Below are positions 45,342 to 53,843 of a stretch of 64,000 nucleotides of DNA, in pieces. Source of the DNA: an uncultured archaeon (lineage in GTDB: Archaea; Aenigmatarchaeota; Aenigmatarchaeia; CG10238-14; SCSR01). The notes under the pieces are model-generated. The model was not told where the DNA came from, did no database searches, and worked only from the letters and a program-made list of their open reading frames with translations. The stretch is from NCBI GenBank assembly GCA_964372485.1, contig CAYJQI010000001.1, forward strand, positions 192,001-256,000, in the 5' to 3' direction. A program made the translations under genes and the position numbers. Within the stretch, counting starts at the first letter, position 1. Each line of letters starts with the position of its first letter.

Positions 45342-46286
45342 ATGCAAGCAACATTGATAGAGAATAATGGAAAAGGAAGAATTGCTTATGATTCACTTAT
45401 TATTAACGATCCGAAATCATTTTCGACATTGAATAGTAAATTAGCATTAAAAATTGTTAAAACCCTCGCCGAATCACCAGCATCTGCTATAGATATTTCA
45501 AGAAAATTGAAAATACATGAACAAAAAATTTATTATCATATCAGAAGATTGGAGAAGGCAGGAATAATTTATACAATTTCTAGTGAACGAAGGCACGGAA
45601 TGATTGCTAAAATTTACAGCGTCGTTTCACCTGTTATTGTCGCAAAATTACATGATAAAGGTGTTCAGTTTGATGAGGGATTGTCTTTAAATGCATCACA
45701 GGAAACAATCAAATTTTTCGATCCGTTTATTCAGAATGGTTTATTGAATGCAAAGGTAATAATAGGATCTCCAAATCCACATGGTCCTTTTTCAGCAACA
45801 GCAAGACATGATACATCTTTATTTGAATTGGGTGTATTGTTTGGTAAGTTGTTGAGTGAAAGCGATGGATTGAATTTCTGTTTGGACACGACAGTTTCAG
45901 ATAGTGAATTGAAACACAATAATATTATCTTAATAGGTAATTCAAAGGTCAATTCAATTACACATAAAGTTAATCCACATCTACCAATTTATTTTGACGA
46001 AGCTAGGGATTTTCAAATCACATCAAAATTAACTGGTGAATCTTACAACTATGATTATGATGCAGTGATTATAAAAACACACAATCCGTTTAACGAAGAT
46101 AAAAAAATGTTGATTTTGGCAGGAAAACGAAGTGTCGGATTTATGTCGGCATTAATAGCAATCAAAAATCATATGCAAGAAATTTTACAAGGAAATTTAA
46201 AAAATAAAGATTTAATCGCAAGAGTAGTTACCGGTTTGGATAAAAATAGTGATGGAAAAATAGATGCTGTTAAATTTGGTGAATGA
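45342..46286 (+). CDS. ArsR-like wHTH protein with a C-terminal domain of ~220 aa and unknown function
   Basis: LNSKLALKIVKTLAESPASAIDISRKLKIHEQKIYYHIRRLEKAGIIY (wHTH). The C-terminal part (IIGSPNPHGPFSATARHD..) was not recognised. Confidence 0.6.
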   Translation: MQATLIENNGKGRIAYDSLIINDPKSFSTLNSKLALKIVKTLAESPASAIDISRKLKIHEQKIYYHIRRLEKAGIIYTISSERRHGMIAKIYSVVSPVIVAKLHDKGVQFDEGLSLNASQETIKFFDPFIQNGLLNAKVIIGSPNPHGPFSATARHDTSLFELGVLFGKLLSESDGLNFCLDTTVSDSELKHNNIILIGNSKVNSITHKVNPHLPIYFDEARDFQITSKLTGESYNYDYDAVIIKTHNPFNEDKKMLILAGKRSVGFMSALIAIKNHMQEILQGNLKNKDLIARVVTGLDKNSDGKIDAVKFGE

Positions 46287-46287
46287 T

Positions 46288-46446
46288 ATGGCAAATATTA
46301 AAGCAATAGTTTTTGATGCTGACCTAAAATTTAATGGTGCGCTTATGGGTATCACCGAAAGGGATAAATACATTAAATGTGGTGTTTCTCCTAGTGCAGT
46401 GGTACCATCTGGCAGAATTACCCGCACTTTACGAGTGATTAGATGA
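46288..46446 (+). CDS. Micro-ORF (52 aa) translationally coupled on both sides within the PRTase operon
   Basis: MANIKAIVFDADLKFNGALMGITERDKYIKCGVSPSAVVPSGRITRTLRVIR. The ATG lies 2 nt after the upstream stop, and its stop overlaps the PRTase start (ATGA). Confidence 0.4.
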   Translation: MANIKAIVFDADLKFNGALMGITERDKYIKCGVSPSAVVPSGRITRTLRVIR

Positions 46447-46904
46447 CTGAACAAAAAAATGGAATGCAATATGATACAAGAAGAATTGAAACATTCGGTA
46501 GAAAGATAGGACCTTTGGTTAGAGAATACATTGATCATAATGGTAATAAGGGATCTGTTATGGGTATTCCAACAGCAGGTCGACTTTTTGCAGTCGAACT
46601 TTATAAAAATTTATTGGCTCCTAATTCAGATCAACCCTTTATTGATGTTACTTACTGGGAATTGGATAGAACCGATATTCAAGGTAGTTTGAAAAGAAAT
46701 TCCGCACAAGTAAGAGGAAGACACTTAATAGTAGTAGATGATGATATTCATACTAAGGCAACTTATGAGGAAATACAAAATGAGTTAGATAGATTAAAGG
46801 GCTATTATGATATACCTTCTATTAATTGGGCTGTTGAATTCGATGGTCCTGGTATTGCAAAATGGGCATGTAATAGAATGAATAATGGGAAATCTCGTGG
46901 TTGA
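46443..46904 (+). CDS. Type-I phosphoribosyltransferase-fold protein (divergent PRPP loop)
   Basis: VMGIPTAGRLFAVELY..GRHLIVVDDDIHTKATYEEI shows the PRTase acidic-hydrophobic strand followed by a modified D-T-G-x-T loop (HTKAT). 153 aa, similar in size to XGPRT. Confidence 0.6.
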   Translation: MTEQKNGMQYDTRRIETFGRKIGPLVREYIDHNGNKGSVMGIPTAGRLFAVELYKNLLAPNSDQPFIDVTYWELDRTDIQGSLKRNSAQVRGRHLIVVDDDIHTKATYEEIQNELDRLKGYYDIPSINWAVEFDGPGIAKWACNRMNNGKSRG

Positions 46905-47366
46905 ATGAAAGCGTATATAGCCGCACCCTATACAAGCAAATCTTTAATGCCCAATAATTCAAGTGCCGTTCACGGAAAAATAACTGATACATCTTATATG
47001 AATTTTTTAGATATGATAGAGTCTATTGTAAAAGAACGTGGACTTGAAACATTCTTACCACATAGGGATTTGCATAATTGGGGAACTGCTAATGTTAATG
47101 AACAAGAAATTGGTAAAAAGTCTATAGAAGAATTGAAATCCTCTGATGTAATAATTGCTTATCCGGAACAAAGTGTGGGAGTTAACATTGAATTGGGTTG
47201 GGCATCCGCATTCAAGAAGAAAATTTTGATTTTATTGAATGAAAATAGCAGAGTAAGTGTTATGCATTCTGGATTGAACGGTGTTACTGATTCTAAAATA
47301 ATAAAATTCAGAGATATAACCGATCTGAGAACAAAATTGAGAGCGGCTCTTTCTGGCTTTGTATAA
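46905..47366 (+). CDS. Nucleoside 2-deoxyribosyltransferase-like (NDT/DrHyd/Rcl superfamily) protein
   Basis: MKAYIAAPYTS (YxAGP-like N-terminus), SDVIIAYPEQ..GVNIELGWASAFKKKILILL (catalytic-Glu block E-x-G-x-A). The start abuts the PRTase stop (TGAATG). Confidence 0.6.
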   Translation: MKAYIAAPYTSKSLMPNNSSAVHGKITDTSYMNFLDMIESIVKERGLETFLPHRDLHNWGTANVNEQEIGKKSIEELKSSDVIIAYPEQSVGVNIELGWASAFKKKILILLNENSRVSVMHSGLNGVTDSKIIKFRDITDLRTKLRAALSGFV

Positions 47367-47414
47367 GCTTTTAAATCTGGGAAACTATCTTTTCGGAAGC
47401 AGGACCTGTTAATT

Positions 47415-48029
47415 ATGGTGGAAAATACTCCAAGAATTGGAAGGGGTATACGATCTACACACGAAGTCGATATCCAAATAGAAGTCGACCTAGATGTAAT
47501 AGGAGACCCAAAATACGACTTCACAATGGATGGTGGAAATATAGAAGCACCTCATGCCGTCGCTCTATTTAATCATTTTCTAAGTCAAATATCCCGACAT
47601 GGTTTGCAGCATATTAGTGGACATGCGACCTCTAAAGACGGTTTGACACATCACTTATACGAAGATACTGCAATAGCTCTAGGAGAGGCTTACAAAATGG
47701 CAGTAGGTAATAAAAAAGGTATTAGAAGAGTATCTAATGTGGGATGGCCTTTTGAAGGAAATTATGTAGAAGTGGCTGTGGATTTTAGTGCAAGATCTCA
47801 CTCTGATTTCGATAGTGAAATAAAGGATCCGAAATTATTACAAATGGCTAAACATGTTTTACTCTCGCTTTCTAATGGAGGGGGGTTGGATATACGTTCA
47901 AGAACATATGGTTGGGATGATCATCATCAAGTTGAAGGTTTAGGTAAATCATTGGGAAGAGCTATATATGATGCTACAAGAAGATTGGAAGGATATTCTG
48001 CAGTTCCAAGTACAAAGGGAATTTTGTAA
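47415..48029 (+). CDS. hisB: Imidazoleglycerol-phosphate dehydratase family protein (divergent, isolated from other his genes)
   Basis: RSTHEVDIQIEVDLD..LFNHFLSQ..LTHHLYEDTAIALGEA..WDDHHQVEGLGKSLGRA match the IGPD His/Glu metal motifs. Some blocks are atypical (PFEG instead of P-M-D-E). Confidence 0.7.
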   Translation: MVENTPRIGRGIRSTHEVDIQIEVDLDVIGDPKYDFTMDGGNIEAPHAVALFNHFLSQISRHGLQHISGHATSKDGLTHHLYEDTAIALGEAYKMAVGNKKGIRRVSNVGWPFEGNYVEVAVDFSARSHSDFDSEIKDPKLLQMAKHVLLSLSNGGGLDIRSRTYGWDDHHQVEGLGKSLGRAIYDATRRLEGYSAVPSTKGIL

Positions 48030-48088
48030 ATAATAAAATTAAAATAAACATTTCATATCCAAATTATGGTAGTCGTACTACCGTCTTT

Positions 48089-48202
48089 CTATACTGGAAC
48101 TATATATCCCATTATTTTATTTCCATCAATATAGTTAACCCGCACTTTACGCTTTCCTCTATCGATTAATAGAGTTCTACTTAGTGTCGCTACTTCATTC
48201 AT
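48089..48202 (-). CDS. Possible 37-aa micro-ORF with a strong SD, coupled to the upstream zinc-ribbon gene
   Basis: GGAGGG lies 8 nt upstream of the ATG, immediately after the TAA of 48218..48418. Product: MNEVATLSRTLLIDRGKRKVRVNYIDGNKIMGYIVPV. Confidence 0.3.
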   Translation of the reverse strand: MNEVATLSRTLLIDRGKRKVRVNYIDGNKIMGYIVPV

Positions 48203-48217
48203 TTTACATCACCCTCC

Positions 48218-48418
48218 TTATTTTGAAAAGTGTTTAATCAACGCTCTATTGTTATAGTACGTGTTAAATTGTTGTAATCTAGTCTGATGCTGTGGTATCG
48301 CAGTCGTATCAACGAAACTTCCAGAGCATCCTCTGCAAAATATTCTTCTTTCACCAAAACCATCTACAAATTTTACCATTCTGAATGAACTGCATCTTCC
48401 GCATCTCATTTCTGTCAC
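48218..48418 (-). CDS. Small zinc-ribbon protein (66 aa)
   Basis: MTEMRCGRCSSF..x..IFCRGCSGSF (CxxC-x18-CxxC). Confidence 0.5.
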   Translation of the reverse strand: MTEMRCGRCSSFRMVKFVDGFGERRIFCRGCSGSFVDTTAIPQHQTRLQQFNTYYNNRALIKHFSK

Positions 48419-48606
48419 CAGAATAGAATTAGTGAATTGGATATACCCGTCTTTGGTAGGGGTTCATTTCCCACATCTTTAACAAAGAAGGTAATTTAAG
48501 CTTTTTTTAGAACATATAACCCTTCTAGTAAGCTAGAAACCCGTAAAATCTTTTATTTCATCTCTAATTCAATTGAAATAGCTAAAATTGTTAGCTACAA
48601 TTTAGT

Positions 48607-48819
48607 TTAAGGTGGTGTTGGTGTAGGAGGAGTTGGAACAGGAACTATTACAGTTGGTCCTGGTGGTCCAGGTGGACCTTCCTGTCCTTGGGGGCCTGCA
48701 GGTCCTCTTCTGGGTCCTATCCACCCCATATAAAATGCTGCAAAGATAAACAACACAATAACAAGTATCGCAATTATAGCTACAATCGCAGCTGAATTTT
48801 GCCCTTTCCTTCTTTTCAT
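48607..48819 (-). CDS. Small single-pass membrane protein with a short collagen-like (G-X-Y)6 tract and a Pro/Thr tail
   Basis: TM segment AAIVAIIAILVIVLFIFAAFYMGWI, then GPA-GPQ-GQE-GPP-GPP-GPT, then VIVPVPTPPTPTPP. Confidence 0.55.
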   Translation of the reverse strand: MKRRKGQNSAAIVAIIAILVIVLFIFAAFYMGWIGPRRGPAGPQGQEGPPGPPGPTVIVPVPTPPTPTPP

Positions 48820-48968
48820 ATATTCACCTTTGTATAGAACATCCTTAGGTAACTTGACGTTGTAAATAAAGATATAATTACATATGTTGTTAAATTATTC
48901 ACAACAATTTTTATACCAACTAATCGTTAAAAATTGTCTCTATTTTTAGAATAATGTTGTCAAAGGAT

Positions 48969-50078
48969 TCAATTTTCTATATTTTTCAAATTCGTCATAA
49001 ATTTGGTTAAATTCTTGGCTGGAAACCTACCGCCAGCAGCTACAGGGTGCCCTCCTCCCTCGGAATCTGGTATTCCTTTAACAGCCGTTGCAGCAAGTTT
49101 ATTCAAATCTACAATCGATACCTTTCCTCTTCTATAACTAACATCAATAAATTTCCCAGATTTTTGGTATATCACAAGAACTTCTGTTGTTAATTTTTTC
49201 GCCATAACTGTTGCAAGTGGAGATTTCATATTGAATTTCGATTTCACTTCATATATCACAAGTTTCTTAATTTTCTTTTTCTTCTTTTCAAAATCTTTTA
49301 CAAGTTTATTGAATTCTTTTTCTGATTTTCCAAACCATTCCATCAAAGTTTTTGCATTTCCTTTCCCCCTCAGAACATCTTGGTAATTATTTGCCTTCAT
49401 TAAAATATCACGAGCAAAAATAGATCCATTAACCCCCTTTACAACTCTTGCACTGTCAAATATTTTTGATAATTTCCCAAGCAATGAATTATCAAATAAA
49501 AACTCATCAATATTTTCATTATCATCAACGAGTTCTTTATTTTTTGTTTTAATATTTTCAAAAAGATCAACACAATTCTTCAATCCCATGTCCGACAATG
49601 TTCCAACACCAGCAATCCACAGAATATCATCGGACTTTAAAAGTTCACTGTAAATTCTATAACAAAGATATGTTGCAGGAATGTAGATTTGTTCGTCGAA
49701 AACTCTTGGATTAACATACAAAACTTTTACATATCCCTTCGGTACATGATGATCAATTATTATTACTTGAGAAATATTTCGTAATTCTGTTAAAATTTTC
49801 ACACTAATTTCTGATATATCCACAATGACAACATAATCAGGTTTTATTTTTTTTACAGTTTCCATTGCATCTTCTGTCACTGCAGAATTTGATGATGATG
49901 CAATTAATTTTGATTCAATCTTGTGAACATTTTTTACTAATCTGTAAATTATAGCTGCAGAACAAATACTATCATTGTCATGACCGTGAATAATTGCAAC
50001 TTTACCTTTACCCATTCGTTTAAAGAATTCAACAGCCGGTGTGATCGTCTCTTCGATTATACTTTCCATAACCAACAA
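48969..50078 (-). CDS. DHH/DHHA1 phosphoesterase (RecJ/NrnA-like)
   Basis: AIIHGHDNDSICSAA (motif I/II), VVIVDIS, IIIDHHVP (DHH), GGGHPVAAGG (DHHA1). Confidence 0.8.
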   Translation of the reverse strand: MLVMESIIEETITPAVEFFKRMGKGKVAIIHGHDNDSICSAAIIYRLVKNVHKIESKLIASSSNSAVTEDAMETVKKIKPDYVVIVDISEISVKILTELRNISQVIIIDHHVPKGYVKVLYVNPRVFDEQIYIPATYLCYRIYSELLKSDDILWIAGVGTLSDMGLKNCVDLFENIKTKNKELVDDNENIDEFLFDNSLLGKLSKIFDSARVVKGVNGSIFARDILMKANNYQDVLRGKGNAKTLMEWFGKSEKEFNKLVKDFEKKKKKIKKLVIYEVKSKFNMKSPLATVMAKKLTTEVLVIYQKSGKFIDVSYRRGKVSIVDLNKLAATAVKGIPDSEGGGHPVAAGGRFPAKNLTKFMTNLKNIEN

Positions 50079-50167
50079 TGCATTTGAAGATAGAAATATT
50101 TTCTTCGTTAGGTGTTATCGAGAAGGATCGAGTAAACTTTAAATAGTTATTATTGTACTACTAGTAC

Positions 50168-50449
50168 ATGACAACACAATCCAATGCGACACACTTGAAA
50201 CGTGTTGAATTTAAGCATAGAGGTGGCTATTGGGAAATCTATGATGGTTTTTGGAATAGCTGTTTACGGAGCCCAACTAAGGTTGTAGCTGCAAGACTTC
50301 GACAATATGGCTTTCCTAATGTAGCAGAACAGGTTTCTTCTGGCAGATATTCTGAGGGAGCAGAATTTCATGTAGATATTTCATTCGACAAAAGTTTTAA
50401 TCCACGAGAATTAAACTATTTGACTTGGTTGTCAAACACGAAATTCTAA
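50168..50449 (+). CDS. Hypothetical protein
   Basis: 93-aa ORF in a clean intergenic slot. No recognisable motif. Confidence 0.35.
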   Translation: MTTQSNATHLKRVEFKHRGGYWEIYDGFWNSCLRSPTKVVAARLRQYGFPNVAEQVSSGRYSEGAEFHVDISFDKSFNPRELNYLTWLSNTKF

Positions 50450-50460
50450 TTGTATCTTTT

Positions 50461-50871
50461 TCAAGATTTGAAAGGGCTAAAATTCTGCTTTAATAAACTT
50501 TGTATTGGTAAGAACAACGGTTGAGGTAAATTATTCCATTCAAACCATTCCCAACCTTCAGATTTCTCTGGTTCTTTGAGTTGAACTTCACCAGAATCAT
50601 ATTCTGATGTCATATAAATTGTAATGTAATGTTTCCTTTCTTTTTCAAATACGTCATTTGTCAATGCCCCGTATCGTATATTTTTAATTTGAATGCCAGC
50701 TTCTTCAAAAACTTCTCTCCTCGCACATTGTTCAAAGGTTTCACCATATTCTAAATGTCCACCTGGAAATCCCCATGTACCTTCTCCATGTGTGTTTCTT
50801 CTCTTGTAAAGAAGAACTTTATCTTCCTTTCGTACAATTACACCCATTCCAACTTTGGGTCGGTCATTCAT
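50461..50871 (-). CDS. NUDIX hydrolase
   Basis: Nudix box GGHLEYGETFEQCARREVFEEAGI. Confidence 0.9.
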   Translation of the reverse strand: MNDRPKVGMGVIVRKEDKVLLYKRRNTHGEGTWGFPGGHLEYGETFEQCARREVFEEAGIQIKNIRYGALTNDVFEKERKHYITIYMTSEYDSGEVQLKEPEKSEGWEWFEWNNLPQPLFLPIQSLLKQNFSPFKS

Positions 50872-50902
50872 AGTAAACAGATAACTAGAAGATTATTTAT
50901 GC

Positions 50903-51196
50903 TTAACCAAACAAGCTCGACAATCCCGCACTTGCAGCTTCAGCAGCCTTTTCAGTATCTTCTTCTTTCTTTTCTTCCTTCTTTTCAGTTGTTGCGGCAG
51001 CAGCTGGTGCAGCGGCCATAGAAACAGCTTCTTTCAAAGCTTCATCAATATTAACACCCTGTAAAGCAGCAACAAGAGCCTTTATTTTTGCATCATCAAC
51101 ATTAGAACCAGCACTGGATAAAATCTTTTTGACATTGTCTTCATTGACAGGTTGTCCACTTTCATGCAGCATCAAAGCCGCGTATACTTCTTGCAT
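50903..51196 (-). CDS. rpl12: Ribosomal stalk protein P1 (aL12)
   Basis: [52 protein letters not shown] (conserved stalk tail). Confidence 0.9.
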   Translation of the reverse strand: MQEVYAALMLHESGQPVNEDNVKKILSSAGSNVDDAKIKALVAALQGVNIDEALKEAVSMAAAPAAAATTEKKEEKKEEDTEKAAEAASAGLSSLFG

Positions 51197-51198
51197 TT

Positions 51199-51939
51199 TT
51201 ATCCACTTACTTTCTTTTCTATCGCTTTTCCTCTTTGATAAGCTTTCATTAATAGATATTTAACGTTTTCTTTTGTAGGATAACTTATAGATACAGAAAG
51301 ATTTAAAGCTTGTTGGAACGCTTCTTTCAATTTTTGTGGATATATTTCCACCAATTCCAATGTGTTCTTGTCATATAACATTCCGTCAAAAACTACTGCA
51401 ATATTGAGTTTGATCTCTGCGACTTGGAGTTTTAATTTTCTTAGAACACCAGCAACATCCTTTGATACAGGTTGACCTTTCTTGAGAATAGTTGAAGTCT
51501 TTTTAACAGCAATCTTTCCGCCTTCAACACCAGCAATAATTCCAACTTTTTGCAATTCACTTATCGCAGGTCCAGGTAATAATTCAGTCGGTCCTGGATT
51601 TACAATAACATCCTCATCAACAACATATCCATCCTTTGCATAAGTCTTGAATCTCAATTTGTTGATTTCTTTGTAAAGTGTAAAAGGATCAAGTTCAGTG
51701 AATATTAATCCTGGTTGAGTTGGCATATGCCCTATCAAATCTTTTCCAGTTTCTTTCATTGCAATTTCCACAAGTGATTTCTTACTAATCTTCACCAAAA
51801 TTTTTCCAGCTAGAGATTTTTTAATTAATTGCATTTGTTTCGTCGGCATTTTCATCATGTCAGCTATACAAATCACTTTATACTTTCCGAACAATTCTTT
51901 CAATTCAACTAATTCATTTTGTTTCTTTTCTGTCGGCAT
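51199..51939 (-). CDS. rpl10: Ribosomal stalk protein P0 (uL10), unusually short and without the acidic stalk tail
   Basis: The N-terminal uL10 domain ([25 protein letters not shown]..) is present. The protein ends ..[15 protein letters not shown] at 246 aa with no EE-rich/..LFG tail. Located between L1 and P1 as in the conserved operon. Confidence 0.8.
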   Translation of the reverse strand: MPTEKKQNELVELKELFGKYKVICIADMMKMPTKQMQLIKKSLAGKILVKISKKSLVEIAMKETGKDLIGHMPTQPGLIFTELDPFTLYKEINKLRFKTYAKDGYVVDEDVIVNPGPTELLPGPAISELQKVGIIAGVEGGKIAVKKTSTILKKGQPVSKDVAGVLRKLKLQVAEIKLNIAVVFDGMLYDKNTLELVEIYPQKLKEAFQQALNLSVSISYPTKENVKYLLMKAYQRGKAIEKKVSG

Positions 51940-52556
51940 TATTTCATCTCCACTTTGACAGGTTCACTCATTGTAAGTTTTAACAAAACTTTTCCAATAT
52001 TTTGTCTTCCATTCGGAAGTCTTGTTTCCAAAAATTTCAATATAGCTTCAACATTTTCAGCAACTTTTCTATTATCCATATCTTCTCGCCCAACAAAACA
52101 TTGAATCACAGGCGAATTTTTGACAGAAATTCTTACACTTGTCTTATAATTTTGTACAAGTTTTTTTACATCACCTGATATAAGTTTAGGCATCTTTCCT
52201 CTAGGTGCTAGTAATTGACCTAAAGATTTTCCTATTGTTGGCATCAGAATAGCTTCTGATAAGAAGAAATCAGTATTCCTGGCTAATTTTTTTGCATCTC
52301 TTTTGTTCGCAGCAACTCTTTGTATGTCTGCAGTTGTGAAAACATCACAATCCAATCCTTTCAAATTATCTGAGAAAACAACAATTTTCGCATCCTTCCC
52401 TCGTCCATGCGGTAAAATTACATCTTCCGAGAATTTACTTTCAGCTTTTTTTAAATCAAGACTCTTTAACGCAACTATTAAATCAATACTTTGAGTAAAA
52501 TTTTTCTTTTCCTTCGATTTCAATTCCGACAATGCTTTTTCTATCTGTTCTAACAT
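51939..52556 (-). CDS. rpl1: Ribosomal protein uL1
   Basis: FTQSIDLIVALK..LPHGRGKD.KIVVF..LAPRGKMP. GGAGGG lies 4 nt upstream of the ATG. Confidence 0.9.
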   Translation of the reverse strand: MLEQIEKALSELKSKEKKNFTQSIDLIVALKSLDLKKAESKFSEDVILPHGRGKDAKIVVFSDNLKGLDCDVFTTADIQRVAANKRDAKKLARNTDFFLSEAILMPTIGKSLGQLLAPRGKMPKLISGDVKKLVQNYKTSVRISVKNSPVIQCFVGREDMDNRKVAENVEAILKFLETRLPNGRQNIGKVLLKLTMSEPVKVEMK

Positions 52557-52560
52557 ATAA

Positions 52561-52580
52561 CCCTCCTACCGAAGTAGTCT
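52561..52580 (-). promoter_or_regulatory. SD-adjacent UUCG-tetraloop hairpin in the L1-P0-P1 leader (candidate L1 autoregulatory element)
   Basis: The minus-strand RNA reads GACUACUUCGGUAGGAGGGUUAUAUG. The CUAC/GUAG stem closes a UUCG loop and abuts the GGAGGG SD. Confidence 0.35.
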
Positions 52581-52693
52581 ACGGGACAATCCAAGTACGA
52601 TTTTAATATATTTAAACACATTGGATTTTTCTGTTTTTGTGGGTTTTCTAACTTTTATAAGACTTAAATTCCTATAGAAATAAGACTGATAGA

Positions 52694-53338
52694 ATGGCAG
52701 GTAAGAAAGTAAAGGAAAATGAGAAGCCTAAAGAGAAGGAAGAAGTAAAGGAGAAAAAAGAAGAGAAGAAAAGGCCAGAAGCAAGACGAGATATACCAAC
52801 TTTGATTATTCGTGTTGCTGGTACTGATTTAGATGGAGAAAAATCTGTAATGCGGGCGATTAAAAAAATAAAAGGAATCAGTGTATCAATGAGCAGAGCA
52901 ATTTGCCGTGTTGCAAAAATAAATCCGTCAACAAAACTGGGTTCATTGAACGAAACAGAACTTGCAAATCTTGAAAATGTGATAAAAAATCCAACCAATT
53001 TTAACATTCCAATATTCATGGTGAATAGAAGAAGAGATATGGAAACGGGAAACGATGTTCATTTGACAAGCTCAGATCTCGACATTGCAAAAAGATTTGA
53101 TGTACAAAGATATGTTAATTTGAAAACCTACAAAGGATGGAGACACATGTTAGGTCAGCCTGTTCGAGGACAAGAAACTAAAAGTTCATTTAGAGTAACA
53201 GGTATGGCTGTAGGTGTGATGAAGAAAGCTGCAGTTCCAGCTAAAGCAGGCGCTGCCGCAGCTCCAGCCGCAGGTGCACCAGCTGCTGCTCCCGCTGCAC
53301 CAGCAAAAGAAGCAGGCAAAGCTCCAGCAAAGAAGTGA
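52694..53338 (+). CDS. rps13: Ribosomal protein uS13 with Lys/Glu-rich N-terminal and Ala/Pro-rich C-terminal extensions
   Basis: The core IIRVAGTDLDGEKSVMRAIKKIKGIS..YKGWRHMLGQPVRGQ.TK is flanked by MAGKKVKENEKPKEKEEVKEKKEEKKRPEA and ..AVPAKAGAAAAPAAGAPAAAPAAPAKEAGKAPAKK. Confidence 0.85.
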   Translation: MAGKKVKENEKPKEKEEVKEKKEEKKRPEARRDIPTLIIRVAGTDLDGEKSVMRAIKKIKGISVSMSRAICRVAKINPSTKLGSLNETELANLENVIKNPTNFNIPIFMVNRRRDMETGNDVHLTSSDLDIAKRFDVQRYVNLKTYKGWRHMLGQPVRGQETKSSFRVTGMAVGVMKKAAVPAKAGAAAAPAAGAPAAAPAAPAKEAGKAPAKK

Positions 53339-53342
53339 TTGA

Positions 53343-53843
53343 ATGAAACGACAACGAAAAAAATACGCAACACCATATCGACCATGGGATAAAGAAAGAA
53401 TCGAAGTTGAAAAGAAGTTGATCTCTGATTTTGGATTGAAAAGTAAACGTGAACTTTGGAAAACAGAAGCCTTACTAAGAAAATACAGAAGACTTGCACG
53501 AGAATTAATCGGAAAACAAGACAAGGATAAAGAAAAAGCATTGATAGAAAAGTTATCAAAGCTCGGTGTGCTCACAAAAGATGCATCATTGGATAATGTT
53601 CTTGGACTTTCAATAGAGGATTTCCTTAATAGACGTTTGCAAACAGTGCTTGCAAAGAAAAATCTCGTCAATACAGTTGGACAAGCACGACAATTCATTA
53701 CTCATGGTCATGTTATGATTGAAGATAGAAAAGTTACTTATCCAAGTTACATGGTTCCTCTTGATGATGAGGCAAAATTAGTTGTAAGACTTACTCCAGT
53801 TAAGAAAATATCAGGTGAAGTAAATGGTGGAACAGCAAACTAA
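53343..53843 (+). CDS. rps4: Ribosomal protein uS4
   Basis: [51 protein letters not shown] (S4 RNA-binding domain). Confidence 0.9.
   Translation: MKRQRKKYATPYRPWDKERIEVEKKLISDFGLKSKRELWKTEALLRKYRRLARELIGKQDKDKEKALIEKLSKLGVLTKDASLDNVLGLSIEDFLNRRLQTVLAKKNLVNTVGQARQFITHGHVMIEDRKVTYPSYMVPLDDEAKLVVRLTPVKKISGEVNGGTAN

Noticed and set aside
53155-53698. Two long minus-strand ORFs (134 and 170 aa) antisense to rps13/rps4.
   Set aside because: They are created by the GC-rich Ala/Pro-coding tail of uS13 and lie opposite unmistakable ribosomal protein genes. They are low-complexity products with no motif.
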